DNA of 43,821 bases from Escherichia phage VerenaMeyer_Bas76. The stretch lies in the sequence record PQ850632.1. The stretch is one strand, 5' to 3'. Under the pieces are notes generated by a model. That model was not told the DNA's origin and made no database searches. It saw only the letters and a program-made list of their open reading frames with translations. Positions 1 through 8,437 of this stretch are shown here, piece by piece. Both the position numbers and the translations under genes were made by a program. Position 1 is the stretch's first letter, and the number at the start of each line of letters is the position of its first letter.

Positions 1-39
1 GTGCGCTCTGATGGTCAGACGCATATGCAAGGGGATTCT

Positions 40-549
40 ATGAAGCTGAAACTTAAGCAGCCATCACCAGAGGTGGTGCAAGCTGCACATGAAGAAGCTG
101 TTAGCGCAAACCGTCGCCGTAAACGACCGCGCGGTAAACAGAGCCTTTATCAATCATCCCGTAATTCTGCGGCATTGTGGGACCCGGACTACTGTGACGC
201 GTTAATCGAGTTCTTCGACCGCACGTCGTGGGAGCTTGTGCCAACGTCTAAGGGTGACGAACGCCCGCTGATTCAGGATAAACCACCGTCACTGGCCCGC
301 TTCGCCTTACACATCGGAGTCACTATCCCGATTATTAAGCTTTGGCTGCGTGAGATTCCCGCATTTGCAGAAGCCTGGGAGACAGCACAGGCGCTGGAAG
401 AGGCATACTTCACTGAAACGGGGGCCGCGGGCATCTCTGCTACGTTTGCTGCCGCGAAACTGGGCCTGAATAAAACAGTTGTCGCCGAAGAAGTACGCGA
501 CGAGCCAATCAGCGAAGTAACAATTAAGGTGGTGTCCGGTGAACGTTAA
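40..549 (+). CDS. terminase small subunit (putative)
   Basis: ORF 1..549 lies immediately upstream of and overlaps the large terminase gene. The protein is basic near the N-terminus (RRRKRPRGK) with an HTH-like segment. ATG at 40 follows AAGGGGA by 5 nt; ATG at 25 or the frame opening at 1 are alternatives. Function assigned by position and composition only. Confidence 0.5.
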   Translation: MKLKLKQPSPEVVQAAHEEAVSANRRRKRPRGKQSLYQSSRNSAALWDPDYCDALIEFFDRTSWELVPTSKGDERPLIQDKPPSLARFALHIGVTIPIIKLWLREIPAFAEAWETAQALEEAYFTETGAAGISATFAAAKLGLNKTVVAEEVRDEPISEVTIKVVSGER

Positions 550-1810
550 TATCACGGCAACGGAGCCGCAAGGCGCGTTTCTCGGTATGCATTGCAAGTT
601 TCCGGCATTCGTAGCTGGCTTCGGTACGGGTAAATCCGAAGTTATGTGCAACTCTGCACTACTCGACAGCATGGAAGGTGGGAGCGATTCTATCATCGCC
701 ATGTATGAGCCGACTTATGACCTGGTGCGCCTCATCCTTGCACCGCGTATGGAAGAAAAGCTCACCGACTGGGGTATCCGGTACAAATACAACAAGTCTG
801 ACAACATAATCTATACGTCTTCCGGACAATTTGGGGATTTTGTTCTGCGTACACTTGATAATCCAGCACGAATCGTTGGCTACGAATCGTTTCGTGCGAA
901 AATCGACGAGTTGGACACCCTTAACATGGAGCACGCCGAGCACGCGTGGAACAAAGTCATCGCCCGTAACCGCCAGTTGCCGCGGACATATAAACCTATT
1001 ACACCGAAACCTGCTAATACCGTTTCCGTGTTCACTACCCCGGAAGGATTCCGTTTCGTACATGACCGCTGGGTAGTCAAAAAGAATCCAGGCTACGAGA
1101 TGATTCAGGCGTCCACCCTGTCTAACCCGTTCCTGCCAGAAGATTATGTGCAGTCGTTACGCGACACATACCCAGGTCAGTTGATTGACGCCTACATCAA
1201 CGGCGAGTTCGTCAACCTGACGGCGGGGACTGTCTATTACGCCTATGACCGCAGGAAAAACAGCAGCCGCGAAACAATAAAACCAGGCGAGACTCTGTAT
1301 ATCGGGCAGGACTTTAACGTAGGCCACATGGCTAGTACAGTTTACGTGCAACGTGGCAAAGTCTGGCATGCAGTCGCCGAGTTGGTGGATATGTTCGATA
1401 CGCCCGATGTGGTGAGAGCCGTAACAGAGCGCTGGAAAAGTAAGGGCCACTATATCGTTATGTACCCCGACGCAAGCGGTAAAAACCGTAAAAGTAACAA
1501 CGCCAGCACATCTGATATTGCCCAGTTACAGCAGGCCGGCTTCGAAGTGCGCGCTAAATCGACAAACCCACCGGTTAAAGACCGCGTAGCGGCGATGAAT
1601 AAGGCGCTTGAATCTGGTATGGTCATGATTAATGAACAGGCTTGCCCTGTTACCGCACGATGCCTGGAGCAACAGGCTTACGACAAGAACGGCGAACCGG
1701 ATAAATCAGGCGGTGTGGACCACCAGAATGATGGAACCACATACCCTATCGCGTATGAAATGCCGATTCGCAAACCAGTTATTAACGTCCCGGTGACTTT
1801 CGCACTTTAA
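539..1810 (+). CDS. terminase large subunit
   Basis: 423 aa, GTG start after AAGGTGG. Walker A-like GFGTGKS near the N-terminus and a C-terminal nuclease-like region. Directly precedes the portal gene. Confidence 0.8.
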   Translation: MNVNITATEPQGAFLGMHCKFPAFVAGFGTGKSEVMCNSALLDSMEGGSDSIIAMYEPTYDLVRLILAPRMEEKLTDWGIRYKYNKSDNIIYTSSGQFGDFVLRTLDNPARIVGYESFRAKIDELDTLNMEHAEHAWNKVIARNRQLPRTYKPITPKPANTVSVFTTPEGFRFVHDRWVVKKNPGYEMIQASTLSNPFLPEDYVQSLRDTYPGQLIDAYINGEFVNLTAGTVYYAYDRRKNSSRETIKPGETLYIGQDFNVGHMASTVYVQRGKVWHAVAELVDMFDTPDVVRAVTERWKSKGHYIVMYPDASGKNRKSNNASTSDIAQLQQAGFEVRAKSTNPPVKDRVAAMNKALESGMVMINEQACPVTARCLEQQAYDKNGEPDKSGGVDHQNDGTTYPIAYEMPIRKPVINVPVTFAL

Positions 1811-1822
1811 GAGGATTATTCA

Positions 1823-3304
1823 ATGTTAACTATGAACGGTCAGAATCAGGGTGTTAAGACAAAACACCGGGAATGGCTGCATCACTTCGATAAATGGCAG
1901 AAGGTACGCCACGCTCTTGAAGGCGACCTTATCCGCTATCTGCGCAACGTCGGGAAGAACGAGCCTGACCAGACCTACGCAGCACAGCGACAGGAAGAAT
2001 ACGAGAACGGCGCTATCTGCTACAATTTCACCAAACGCACGCTGGCGGGGATGACGGGGTCAGTGATGCGCAAAGACCCTGAGCAGATTATCCCGCCTGA
2101 ACTTGAGTACCTGTTGCACAACGCTGACGGTTCAGGTGTCGGGCTGTGGCAGCACGCGCAGGATACGCTGATGGAGATTAACTCGATAGGCCGTGGCGGG
2201 TTGCTGGTGGACGCCCCGGAAACAGCCGCAGCAACGGCGGCAGAGCAGAACGCGGGATTATTAAACCCGGTAATCGCATTCTATACCGCGGAGAACATTA
2301 TCAACTGGAGACTCACCCGCATCGGTTCAGTGAACCGCGTGACGATGGTTGTATTGCGTGAGGCATGGGAATACTCGGAACCAGGCGCTGAGTTTGAAAC
2401 AAAATTCGGCGAGCAATACCGCGTCCTTGACCTGATTGACGGTCGCTACCGCCAGCGCATCTACCGCTTCGATGCCGAAGGTGGCGCACAGGATGAAGTA
2501 ATCGAAATCTTCCCGGAACTCGGCGAACAGTTGCGCGGTAAAATCCCGTTCACGTTCATTGGCGCAAGCAACAACGACGCCACTATAGACGATGCGCCTT
2601 TACTGCCGTTAGCTGAGCTAAATATCGGTCATTTCCGCAACAGCGCAGACAATGAGGAGTCCAGCTTCGTTGTAGGCCAGCCTACTCTGTTCATCGCCCC
2701 AGGTGAGAACATGAGCATGGAGCAATGGAAAGAAGCCAACCCTCACGGTGTGCGCATGGGGTCCCGTTCAGGTCATAACATTGGTTACGGCGGCAATGCG
2801 TTTCTGGTTCAGGCAGGAGAGAACAACCTCGCCAAACAGAACATGCTGGATAAAGAGAATCAGGCCATCCAGATTGGCGCGCAGCTTATCACCCCGACGC
2901 AGCAAATCACCGCGGAATCGGCCCGCCTGCAACGCGGCGCCGACACGTCAGTCATGGCAACAATAGCACGTAATGTAAGCATGGCGTATACCGATGCGTT
3001 GCGCTGGGTTGCGGGTATGCTTGGGCTTAGTGAAGATACTGAGATTGAGTTCAAGCTGAATATGGAATTCTTCCTGCAACCTATGACAGCTCAGGACCGC
3101 GCTCAGTGGATGGCGGATATTAACGCTGGCCTGCTACCCGCCACCGCTTACTATGCTGCGTTGCGCAAGGCAGGTGTGACTGACTGGACAGATGAGGACA
3201 TTCAGAACGCTATTGAAGACGCACCTCTGCCGTTGGGTTCTGTTGCTCAGGTAGCGGGAGAGATTCCGCAGTCGGCGCAGCAACAGGACACCACTCAGCA
3301 GTAA
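1823..3304 (+). CDS. portal protein
   Basis: 493 aa, ATG after AAGAGGA. Sits between terminase and head morphogenesis genes; size and acidic C-terminus are typical of portal proteins. Confidence 0.75.
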   Translation: MLTMNGQNQGVKTKHREWLHHFDKWQKVRHALEGDLIRYLRNVGKNEPDQTYAAQRQEEYENGAICYNFTKRTLAGMTGSVMRKDPEQIIPPELEYLLHNADGSGVGLWQHAQDTLMEINSIGRGGLLVDAPETAAATAAEQNAGLLNPVIAFYTAENIINWRLTRIGSVNRVTMVVLREAWEYSEPGAEFETKFGEQYRVLDLIDGRYRQRIYRFDAEGGAQDEVIEIFPELGEQLRGKIPFTFIGASNNDATIDDAPLLPLAELNIGHFRNSADNEESSFVVGQPTLFIAPGENMSMEQWKEANPHGVRMGSRSGHNIGYGGNAFLVQAGENNLAKQNMLDKENQAIQIGAQLITPTQQITAESARLQRGADTSVMATIARNVSMAYTDALRWVAGMLGLSEDTEIEFKLNMEFFLQPMTAQDRAQWMADINAGLLPATAYYAALRKAGVTDWTDEDIQNAIEDAPLPLGSVAQVAGEIPQSAQQQDTTQQ

Positions 3305-3314
3305 GTTCACCTAT

Positions 3315-3336
3315 AGCCCCGAAAGGGGCTTTCTTA
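3315..3336 (+). terminator. stem-loop AGCCCC-GAAA-GGGGCT followed by TTCTT (attenuator-like)
   Basis: Perfect 6-bp GC stem with GAAA tetraloop and a short T-run between the portal and head morphogenesis genes. Confidence 0.4.
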
Positions 3337-3340
3337 TAGT

Positions 3341-4417
3341 ATGCTATTAACTTTAGCGCCACAGGGTTTATCTATGAGCTTACTTACATCCCTAATCAGC
3401 CATCAGATATGGCTGCAACGCACCGCATCCGGTGAGGTGAAAGACCTCACGCCGTTCATTCAGGAGATAAGGGATGAAATCAAACGGCAGGTGCTGTTAT
3501 TCGGTGACGACGGTCGCAGCACTGCGCGACTGAATAAACTGTTACGCGACCTGGAAGAAGCACTAACCGGTATTACGGGTGACTGGCAAACAAAGCTAAC
3601 AGACGACCTTAAGGAACTGGCGGCGTACGAGGCTGAGTGGAACGTAAAGACACTGACCGCCAACGTAGACGCGGAATTTGTTACGCCTACCGCTGAGCAG
3701 GTATGGGCCGCTGCCGAGTTTCAACCATTATCATTGAGCGACAAGCCCGTTGATTTCACCAAGCTGATGTCTGGATGGGGCGAAACGGAAGTAGCACGTC
3801 TTGTAACTGGAGTTAAGATGGGCTTTGTGCAAGGTCAAACCACACGGCAGATTGTTAAGAATGTTGTTGGCGCTGGTGGACTAGCCGACATCTCAGAACG
3901 TAACGCGACTACGGTAATCCGCACCGCGCTGTCCCACGTATCCAACGAGGCCCGTAACGAGACGTACCGCCAGAACGACGACATCATCGAGAAGTACGAG
4001 TGGGTGTCAACGCTTGACAGCCGCACCAGTACGATTTGCAGGGTCAGAGACGGGATGACGTGGGAAATTGGTAAGGGGCCGATGCCCCCAGCCCATCCGA
4101 ACTGCCGGTCGTGCACGGCTCCGGTAATCAGTTCCGAGTTCGACTTCCTCGATAAAGGCGCAAAACGCGCGGCTAAAGGCGCGGAAGGTGGCACTCAGGT
4201 AAGCGCAGACACCACTTACTACGAGTTCCTTAAACAACAACCGGCGTGGTTTCAGGACCAGGCGCTCGGCCCGGTGCGAGGTAAGATTTTCCGTAACAGC
4301 GGTATATCGCCGGAAGAGTTTCGCGTAATATCTGTAGATGGTTTCGGGAATCCGCTCACGCTTAAGCAGATGGCGGAACTCGATAAACGTGTTGCTGATT
4401 ATCTGAAAGGGGAATAA
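3341..4417 (+). CDS. head morphogenesis protein (SPP1 gp7 / Mu F-like)
   Basis: 358 aa, directly after portal. Composition and position match the minor head protein family usually found after portal. ATG 3374 is an alternative start. Confidence 0.6.
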   Translation: MLLTLAPQGLSMSLLTSLISHQIWLQRTASGEVKDLTPFIQEIRDEIKRQVLLFGDDGRSTARLNKLLRDLEEALTGITGDWQTKLTDDLKELAAYEAEWNVKTLTANVDAEFVTPTAEQVWAAAEFQPLSLSDKPVDFTKLMSGWGETEVARLVTGVKMGFVQGQTTRQIVKNVVGAGGLADISERNATTVIRTALSHVSNEARNETYRQNDDIIEKYEWVSTLDSRTSTICRVRDGMTWEIGKGPMPPAHPNCRSCTAPVISSEFDFLDKGAKRAAKGAEGGTQVSADTTYYEFLKQQPAWFQDQALGPVRGKIFRNSGISPEEFRVISVDGFGNPLTLKQMAELDKRVADYLKGE

Positions 4418-4878
4418 TGATGGGCTTTTTCAAAGTAACTGACGTACCGTCTCGTCGCGTAGTCCAGTACGCCCGCGTGTCTGGCTCTGGCGAGAACGTG
4501 GTATTTATTGAGGACGAAAGTGTACTCGGTACACCGGTAGATGATATGCCGTTTGCAGATAAAACCGGTATTGCGTTGCCCGCCGCCGGTATGCTTTATG
4601 AAATTCCGTATCTGGCGGACGCTGGCGACGTGTATTTCTCTGTGCAACCAAAAGACGCTGAACTGGCCGACGGCAGCGCGACTATCACTGTCGAAGTTAA
4701 AGCAGGTGAAGCGCCGTATGCACTGACCTGGTACAAAGACGGTAAGGAAGTTGTCAACGCCCCGGAAGAGGCACTTTCCTTGACGGTTAACGCAGTGGGT
4801 GAATACTTCGTTAAAGTTACCGATGCTGATGGTGTAGAGGCTGTCAGTAAAGCTGCGAAGGTCACTAAGCCCGAATGA
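4417..4878 (+). CDS. Ig-like domain protein (possible capsid decoration protein)
   Basis: 153 aa, start overlaps the previous stop (TAATGATG). The C-terminal segment YALTWYKDGKEV...GEYFVKVTDADG is an Ig-like/BIG fold signature, paralogous to the C-terminus of ORF 7880..8221. Confidence 0.55.
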   Translation: MMGFFKVTDVPSRRVVQYARVSGSGENVVFIEDESVLGTPVDDMPFADKTGIALPAAGMLYEIPYLADAGDVYFSVQPKDAELADGSATITVEVKAGEAPYALTWYKDGKEVVNAPEEALSLTVNAVGEYFVKVTDADGVEAVSKAAKVTKPE

Positions 4879-4880
4879 TA

Positions 4881-4908
4881 AAAGGCCCCATTAAGGGGCC
4901 TTAGTTTT
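4881..4908. terminator. bidirectional intrinsic terminator (AAGGCCCC-ATTA-AGGGGCCTT)
   Basis: GC-rich hairpin with T-run on the plus side (AGTTTT) and A-run/T-run on the minus side. Sits between convergent genes 4417..4878(+) and 4908..5111(-). Member of a three-copy terminator family (see 12138 and 24196). Confidence 0.65.
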
Positions 4909-5111
4909 CAACGGAATCTTGTGTTTAAATCCTGCTCGTGGACGACCCTCAGAACAGTGTCATAATCCCCGTATCTTCCAGGTTCAAATATATCTAATGC
5001 CTTGTAAGCAGACATTGCGTCAGGGAAAACCTGCAGAACCTTTTTAACCCGGCACAAGTCACCGTCGAACTCTTCATCGAACTCTTGAACTACTTCGCAA
5101 ATTGCATACAT
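4908..5111 (-). CDS. hypothetical small acidic protein (67 aa), opposite-strand island gene
   Basis: ATG at 5111..5109 preceded by GGAGGTG on the minus strand. Driven by a TTGCAC-N17-TACTAT promoter copy and ends at the bidirectional terminator. No recognisable domain. Confidence 0.5.
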   Translation of the reverse strand: MYAICEVVQEFDEEFDGDLCRVKKVLQVFPDAMSAYKALDIFEPGRYGDYDTVLRVVHEQDLNTRFR

Positions 5112-5138
5112 TTTTCACCTCCTGTTTAAGTTAACTGA

Positions 5139-5167
5139 ATAGTACCCTATTATATTGGGGTGTGCAA
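5139..5167 (-). promoter_or_regulatory. sigma70-type promoter TTGCAC-N17-TACTAT (early promoter family copy 1)
   Basis: Minus-strand reading TTGCACACCCCAATATAATAGGGTACTATTCA. Near-identical copies at 13943..13971(-), 36609..36637(+) and 38025..38053(+). Confidence 0.55.
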
Positions 5168-5233
5168 ACTATTTATTTACGTATTCCAGTTATTCCACCG
5201 AATTGTAAATGTTGGAATAAACTATTCGAATAG

Positions 5234-5262
5234 TTGACTTTTCACTAAAAATATGATAAGCT
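5234..5262 (+). promoter_or_regulatory. candidate promoter TTGACT-N17-TGaTAAGCT overlapped by palindrome ACTATTCGAATAGT
   Basis: -35 TTGACT at 5234-5239; extended -10 (TG at 5254-5255, hexamer TAAGCT at 5257-5262). The 14-bp perfect palindrome at 5221-5234 abuts the -35. Confidence 0.3.
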
Positions 5263-5440
5263 CCACCTGAGCTTGTGAAGTATGAACAAGCGACCGCGGC
5301 GCGGGCAGGTAACGGAGCGGGACGTAAGTCCTGAGTGTAGTTACGCTGACGCGTTCGGAAGGGCCATACTCTATTGCTTGTGTAAAAAGTAACAGGTTTA
5401 CTGAGATTACGCCGTTTCTATGTTTAAATGATAAGGACTA

Positions 5441-5468
5441 GCGCCCCGCTTTATGGCGGGGCTTTACT
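5441..5468 (+). terminator. intrinsic terminator/attenuator upstream of the spanin genes
   Basis: Stem GCCCCGC/GCGGGGC (5443-5449 with 5456-5462) followed by TTTACTT, 19 nt upstream of the Rz-like start. Confidence 0.5.
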
Positions 5469-5486
5469 TATCGAGAAAGGGGAAAC

Positions 5487-5873
5487 ATGAATCTTAAAGC
5501 AACTGTCGTAGCAGGAGCATGTTTCATCATCCTGGTTTACGCACACGGCATCTACCAGTATCGCAGCGGATGGAACGAAGGCCGGGCTAATCTCGTTTCG
5601 CAGCAACAGCAGAAAGCACAGGCTGAGTTAGCGAAGAAAACACAACGGCAGCAGCAGGATGAATCGAAGGCCGCCGCCGCTGACAACGAAGGCAAGACGA
5701 AATCAGAGGTGATTACCCGTGAAGTCGTTAAGTACATTAAAACGCCTGGTCGCAGTGTGTGCGCTTTTGACCCTGAGCGCGTGCAGCTCAAGTCCCGCGC
5801 CGTCGCAAACGCCAACTCCATCCCCGGATACGACGATGATGCAGCCGCCGTGCAAACTGGCACCGCCAAGTAG
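5487..5873 (+). CDS. i-spanin (Rz-like inner-membrane spanin)
   Basis: 128 aa. N-terminal transmembrane anchor (ATVVAGACFIILVYA) followed by a charged, Q/A/K-rich periplasmic region. Contains an out-of-frame lipoprotein gene, the Rz/Rz1 hallmark. Confidence 0.7.
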   Translation: MNLKATVVAGACFIILVYAHGIYQYRSGWNEGRANLVSQQQQKAQAELAKKTQRQQQDESKAAAADNEGKTKSEVITREVVKYIKTPGRSVCAFDPERVQLKSRAVANANSIPGYDDDAAAVQTGTAK

Positions 5874-5982
5874 CGACGCCGACGAGGATTTGGCTATCGA
5901 CGTTCAGAACGCTGAATGTGTACGGCAACTGCGTCTGAAAGTGTTCATGTTGCAGGATTACGTGAGGAATATTCTGGAATAG
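5719..5982 (+). CDS. o-spanin (Rz1-like outer-membrane lipoprotein)
   Basis: 87 aa, GTG start after AGAGGTGA, in the +1 frame overlapping the 3' part of the i-spanin gene and extending past it. Signal peptide with lipobox LTLSAC, followed by a Pro-rich mature region. Confidence 0.7.
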   Translation: MKSLSTLKRLVAVCALLTLSACSSSPAPSQTPTPSPDTTMMQPPCKLAPPSSDADEDLAIDVQNAECVRQLRLKVFMLQDYVRNILE

Positions 5983-6064
5983 TTGCCTTGCATGTTGGAA
6001 TAATTTATTCTTGACATGTAAATCCGGGTGGCCCGGATTCCAACGTCCAGGGGACATACTGACT

Positions 6065-6766
6065 ATGAATCGTTTTTTACGTTATCCGTTCCAGGAAGAA
6101 GCTGGAGCAGAAGATAAAGCTGGTGGCGGTGACGCTCCTAAAATGTTCACCGCTGAAGAAGTTCAGGCGCTGATTGAGAAAGAAGTTGCCGGGCTTAAGG
6201 CTAATCAGGAAGCATTGTTGGCGGAGAAGAAAGAAGCCGCTCGCAAAGCAAAAGAGGCCGAAGAAGAACGGCAGCGCGCGCACCAGGAGGCGTTAAAGGC
6301 CGCCGGTAAGATGGACGAGTTTGAAAAGACGATTCGTAGCCAGTATGACCCGGTGTTAGCCGAGAAAGATGGCCGCATCTCCAGAATGGCAGAGCGTATC
6401 CTCGGCAGCGAACGTAAAGCGGTGCTAGGCTCTTTCGCGGGTGACTTTATTACCCCAGAAGCAGTGGACATTCTTGCGCCGTTCGTTAAGACTGAGTTCG
6501 AAGGCGATGATGTGGTTACTAAGTTTGTTGGTGCAGACGGTAACGTAATCACGACTGACCCGGAACAGTTCCGCAAATACCTGCGCGAACACAAGGCGTT
6601 TTCGCATTTGATCAAAGCAAATGCAGCTTCCGGCGGCGGGGCTTCCGGTAGCAAAGGCGGCGGGGCCGCACCAGCGTTTAAAGACATGAGTGAAGCAGAG
6701 CGTTTAGCCCTGTATAAATCGAACCCTGCCGAATTTGAACGGCAACTTAAAGCCCTGAGGAAATAA
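6065..6766 (+). CDS. scaffolding protein (putative)
   Basis: Highly charged, Ala/Glu/Lys-rich coiled-coil-like protein immediately upstream of the major capsid gene. ATG 6065 preferred over the TTG at 6011, which lies inside a hairpin. Confidence 0.55.
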   Translation: MNRFLRYPFQEEAGAEDKAGGGDAPKMFTAEEVQALIEKEVAGLKANQEALLAEKKEAARKAKEAEEERQRAHQEALKAAGKMDEFEKTIRSQYDPVLAEKDGRISRMAERILGSERKAVLGSFAGDFITPEAVDILAPFVKTEFEGDDVVTKFVGADGNVITTDPEQFRKYLREHKAFSHLIKANAASGGGASGSKGGGAAPAFKDMSEAERLALYKSNPAEFERQLKALRK

Positions 6767-6768
6767 TA

Positions 6769-7818
6769 ATGGCAATTACCACTATCGGCGATATCGTAAC
6801 TGGCAACATCCCGGTCCTGGCGTCTTATATGACCGAGGACCCGGTAGAAAAAACCGCGTTCTTCCAGTCTGGTATTCTGACCCCGACCCCGTACGCTGCC
6901 GAGATTGCCCGCGGCCCGTCCAACGTCGCTAATATTCCTTTCTGGAAAGCGATTGATACCTCTATCGAGCCGAACTACTCGAACGACGTATACCAGGACA
7001 TCGCCACCCCGCGTAACGTGCAGACCGGCGAGATGATGGCGCGCGTTGCGTACCTGAACGAAGGTTTCGGTCAGGCGGATTTGACCGTTGAACTGACCAG
7101 CCAGAACCCGCTGCAATCCGTAGCGTCACGTCTGGATAACTTCTGGCAGCGTCAGGCACAACGCCGTCTGATTGCTACCGCGCTCGGGCTGTACAATGAC
7201 AACGTAGCCGCTACCGACGCATACCACGAGCAGAATGACATGGTAATCGACGTGTCTGCTACTCTGGGCTTCGATGCGGGCGCGTTCATCGACGCTACCC
7301 AGACTATGGGCGATGCTCTGATGGGCAACGGCGGTGAAGTGCTGGGGGCTATCGCGATGCATAGCTTCGTTTATGCGCAGGCACGTAAGCAGCAGCTTAT
7401 CGACTTCATCCGTGACGCGGACAACAACACCATGTTCGCCACCTACCAGGGCTACCGCGTGATTGTTGACGACAGCATGACCGTAGTCGGCACTGGCCCG
7501 ACCCGTAAGTTCATCTCCATCATCTTCGGCAACGGCGCTATCGGTTACGGTGAAGGTTCTCCGTCCAACCCGCTGGAATACGAGCGCGAAGCGTCTCGCG
7601 GTAATGGTGGTGGCGTTGAAACCCTGTGGACCCGTAAGACCTGGTTGCTGCACCCACTGGGCTACAGCTTCACCAGCGCAGTAATCACCGGCAACGGCAC
7701 CGAGACTACCTCGCGCTCCGCTTCCTGGCAGGACCTGGCGAACGCCTCCAACTGGAACCGTGTGGTTGACCGCAAGCACGTACCGATTGCCTTCCTGGTA
7801 ACTGGTGTCGGTGCTTAA
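6769..7818 (+). CDS. major capsid protein
   Basis: 349 aa. Follows the scaffold gene and is followed by a strong terminator; size and position are typical of a major capsid protein. Confidence 0.75.
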   Translation: MAITTIGDIVTGNIPVLASYMTEDPVEKTAFFQSGILTPTPYAAEIARGPSNVANIPFWKAIDTSIEPNYSNDVYQDIATPRNVQTGEMMARVAYLNEGFGQADLTVELTSQNPLQSVASRLDNFWQRQAQRRLIATALGLYNDNVAATDAYHEQNDMVIDVSATLGFDAGAFIDATQTMGDALMGNGGEVLGAIAMHSFVYAQARKQQLIDFIRDADNNTMFATYQGYRVIVDDSMTVVGTGPTRKFISIIFGNGAIGYGEGSPSNPLEYEREASRGNGGGVETLWTRKTWLLHPLGYSFTSAVITGNGTETTSRSASWQDLANASNWNRVVDRKHVPIAFLVTGVGA

Positions 7819-7834
7819 GGTTAAGCTATAATCG

Positions 7835-7858
7835 AGAGGGACTTCGGTCCCTCTTTTC
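7835..7858 (+). terminator. intrinsic terminator after the major capsid gene
   Basis: 8-bp stem AGAGGGAC/GTCCCTCT with loop TTCG and a TTTT run. Confidence 0.6.
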
Positions 7859-7879
7859 ATTTACTAAGAGGATTCCTAA

Positions 7880-8221
7880 ATGGCAGACGTATTGAAGCGG
7901 CGCATCACCGGCGTCTCCGCTGACGCCCCGGGGGCCAAGATTGACATGGCGACTATTTCTCCTGCGTCTTTTTCTACCGCACTGGACGCTACCACAGCAG
8001 TTACAGCCGGGCAGACTATGACACTGCCCGTAGTTGTTACCGGTGGTCTGGCTCCGTACACCTACCAGTGGTACAAGGATAACAACGCTATCGCCGGGGC
8101 AAACGCTGCTTCCTATGCGAAGGCGTCCACTACTACCGCAGATTCTGGTACGTATAAAGTGGTTGTTCACGATGTGTATGGTAATATTATCTCCAGCAGC
8201 ACTGTAGCAACTGTGTCTTAA
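7880..8221 (+). CDS. Ig-like domain protein (second copy; possible decoration protein)
   Basis: 113 aa, ATG after AAGAGGA. Motifs YTYQWYKDNNAIAG...GTYKVVVHDVYG are Ig-like/BIG signatures, paralogous to 4417..4878. Confidence 0.6.
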   Translation: MADVLKRRITGVSADAPGAKIDMATISPASFSTALDATTAVTAGQTMTLPVVVTGGLAPYTYQWYKDNNAIAGANAASYAKASTTTADSGTYKVVVHDVYGNIISSSTVATVS

Positions 8222-8257
8222 TACAACGGCCCTTCGGGGCCGTAATAAGGAAAGGTC

Positions 8258-8437
8258 ATGGCAGATAATTATGTAATCCGCGAAAAGTACACCCACGTTG
8301 ATGTTGTTGACGGTCAGGTGATGCCTGTTCGCGGTGTTGTAGAGGCGGATGAACTGGTTGCAACCCAACCGGACAACGAAGAAGCGCACAACAACGGCGG
8401 TGGTACTAAGCGTCGTCGCCGTAAGTCAGAGGAATAA
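8258..8437 (+). CDS. hypothetical 59-aa protein with basic C-terminus (below ORF-track cutoff)
   Basis: ATG 8258 after AAGGAAAGG; open frame to TAA 8435-8437; ends GGGTKRRRRKSEE. Found by manual translation. Confidence 0.35.
   Translation: MADNYVIREKYTHVDVVDGQVMPVRGVVEADELVATQPDNEEAHNNGGGTKRRRRKSEE

Noticed and set aside
307-1080. Minus-strand ORFs 307..702, 659..1063 and 880..1080 overlapping the terminase genes
   Set aside because: Antisense to well-supported genes, with no ribosome-binding site or promoter. Typical spurious open frames.
6021-6038. Hairpin ATCCGGG-TGG-CCCGGAT between the spanin and scaffold genes as a terminator
   Set aside because: 3-nt loop with no T-run; more likely an RNA stability or processing element. 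Not called as a terminator.
6205-8389. Long minus-strand ORFs (6205..7116, 7126..7860, 7826..8389) across the scaffold, capsid and Ig-like genes
   Set aside because: Antisense to the capsid block, low-complexity Arg/Ser/Gly-rich translations, no translation signals.
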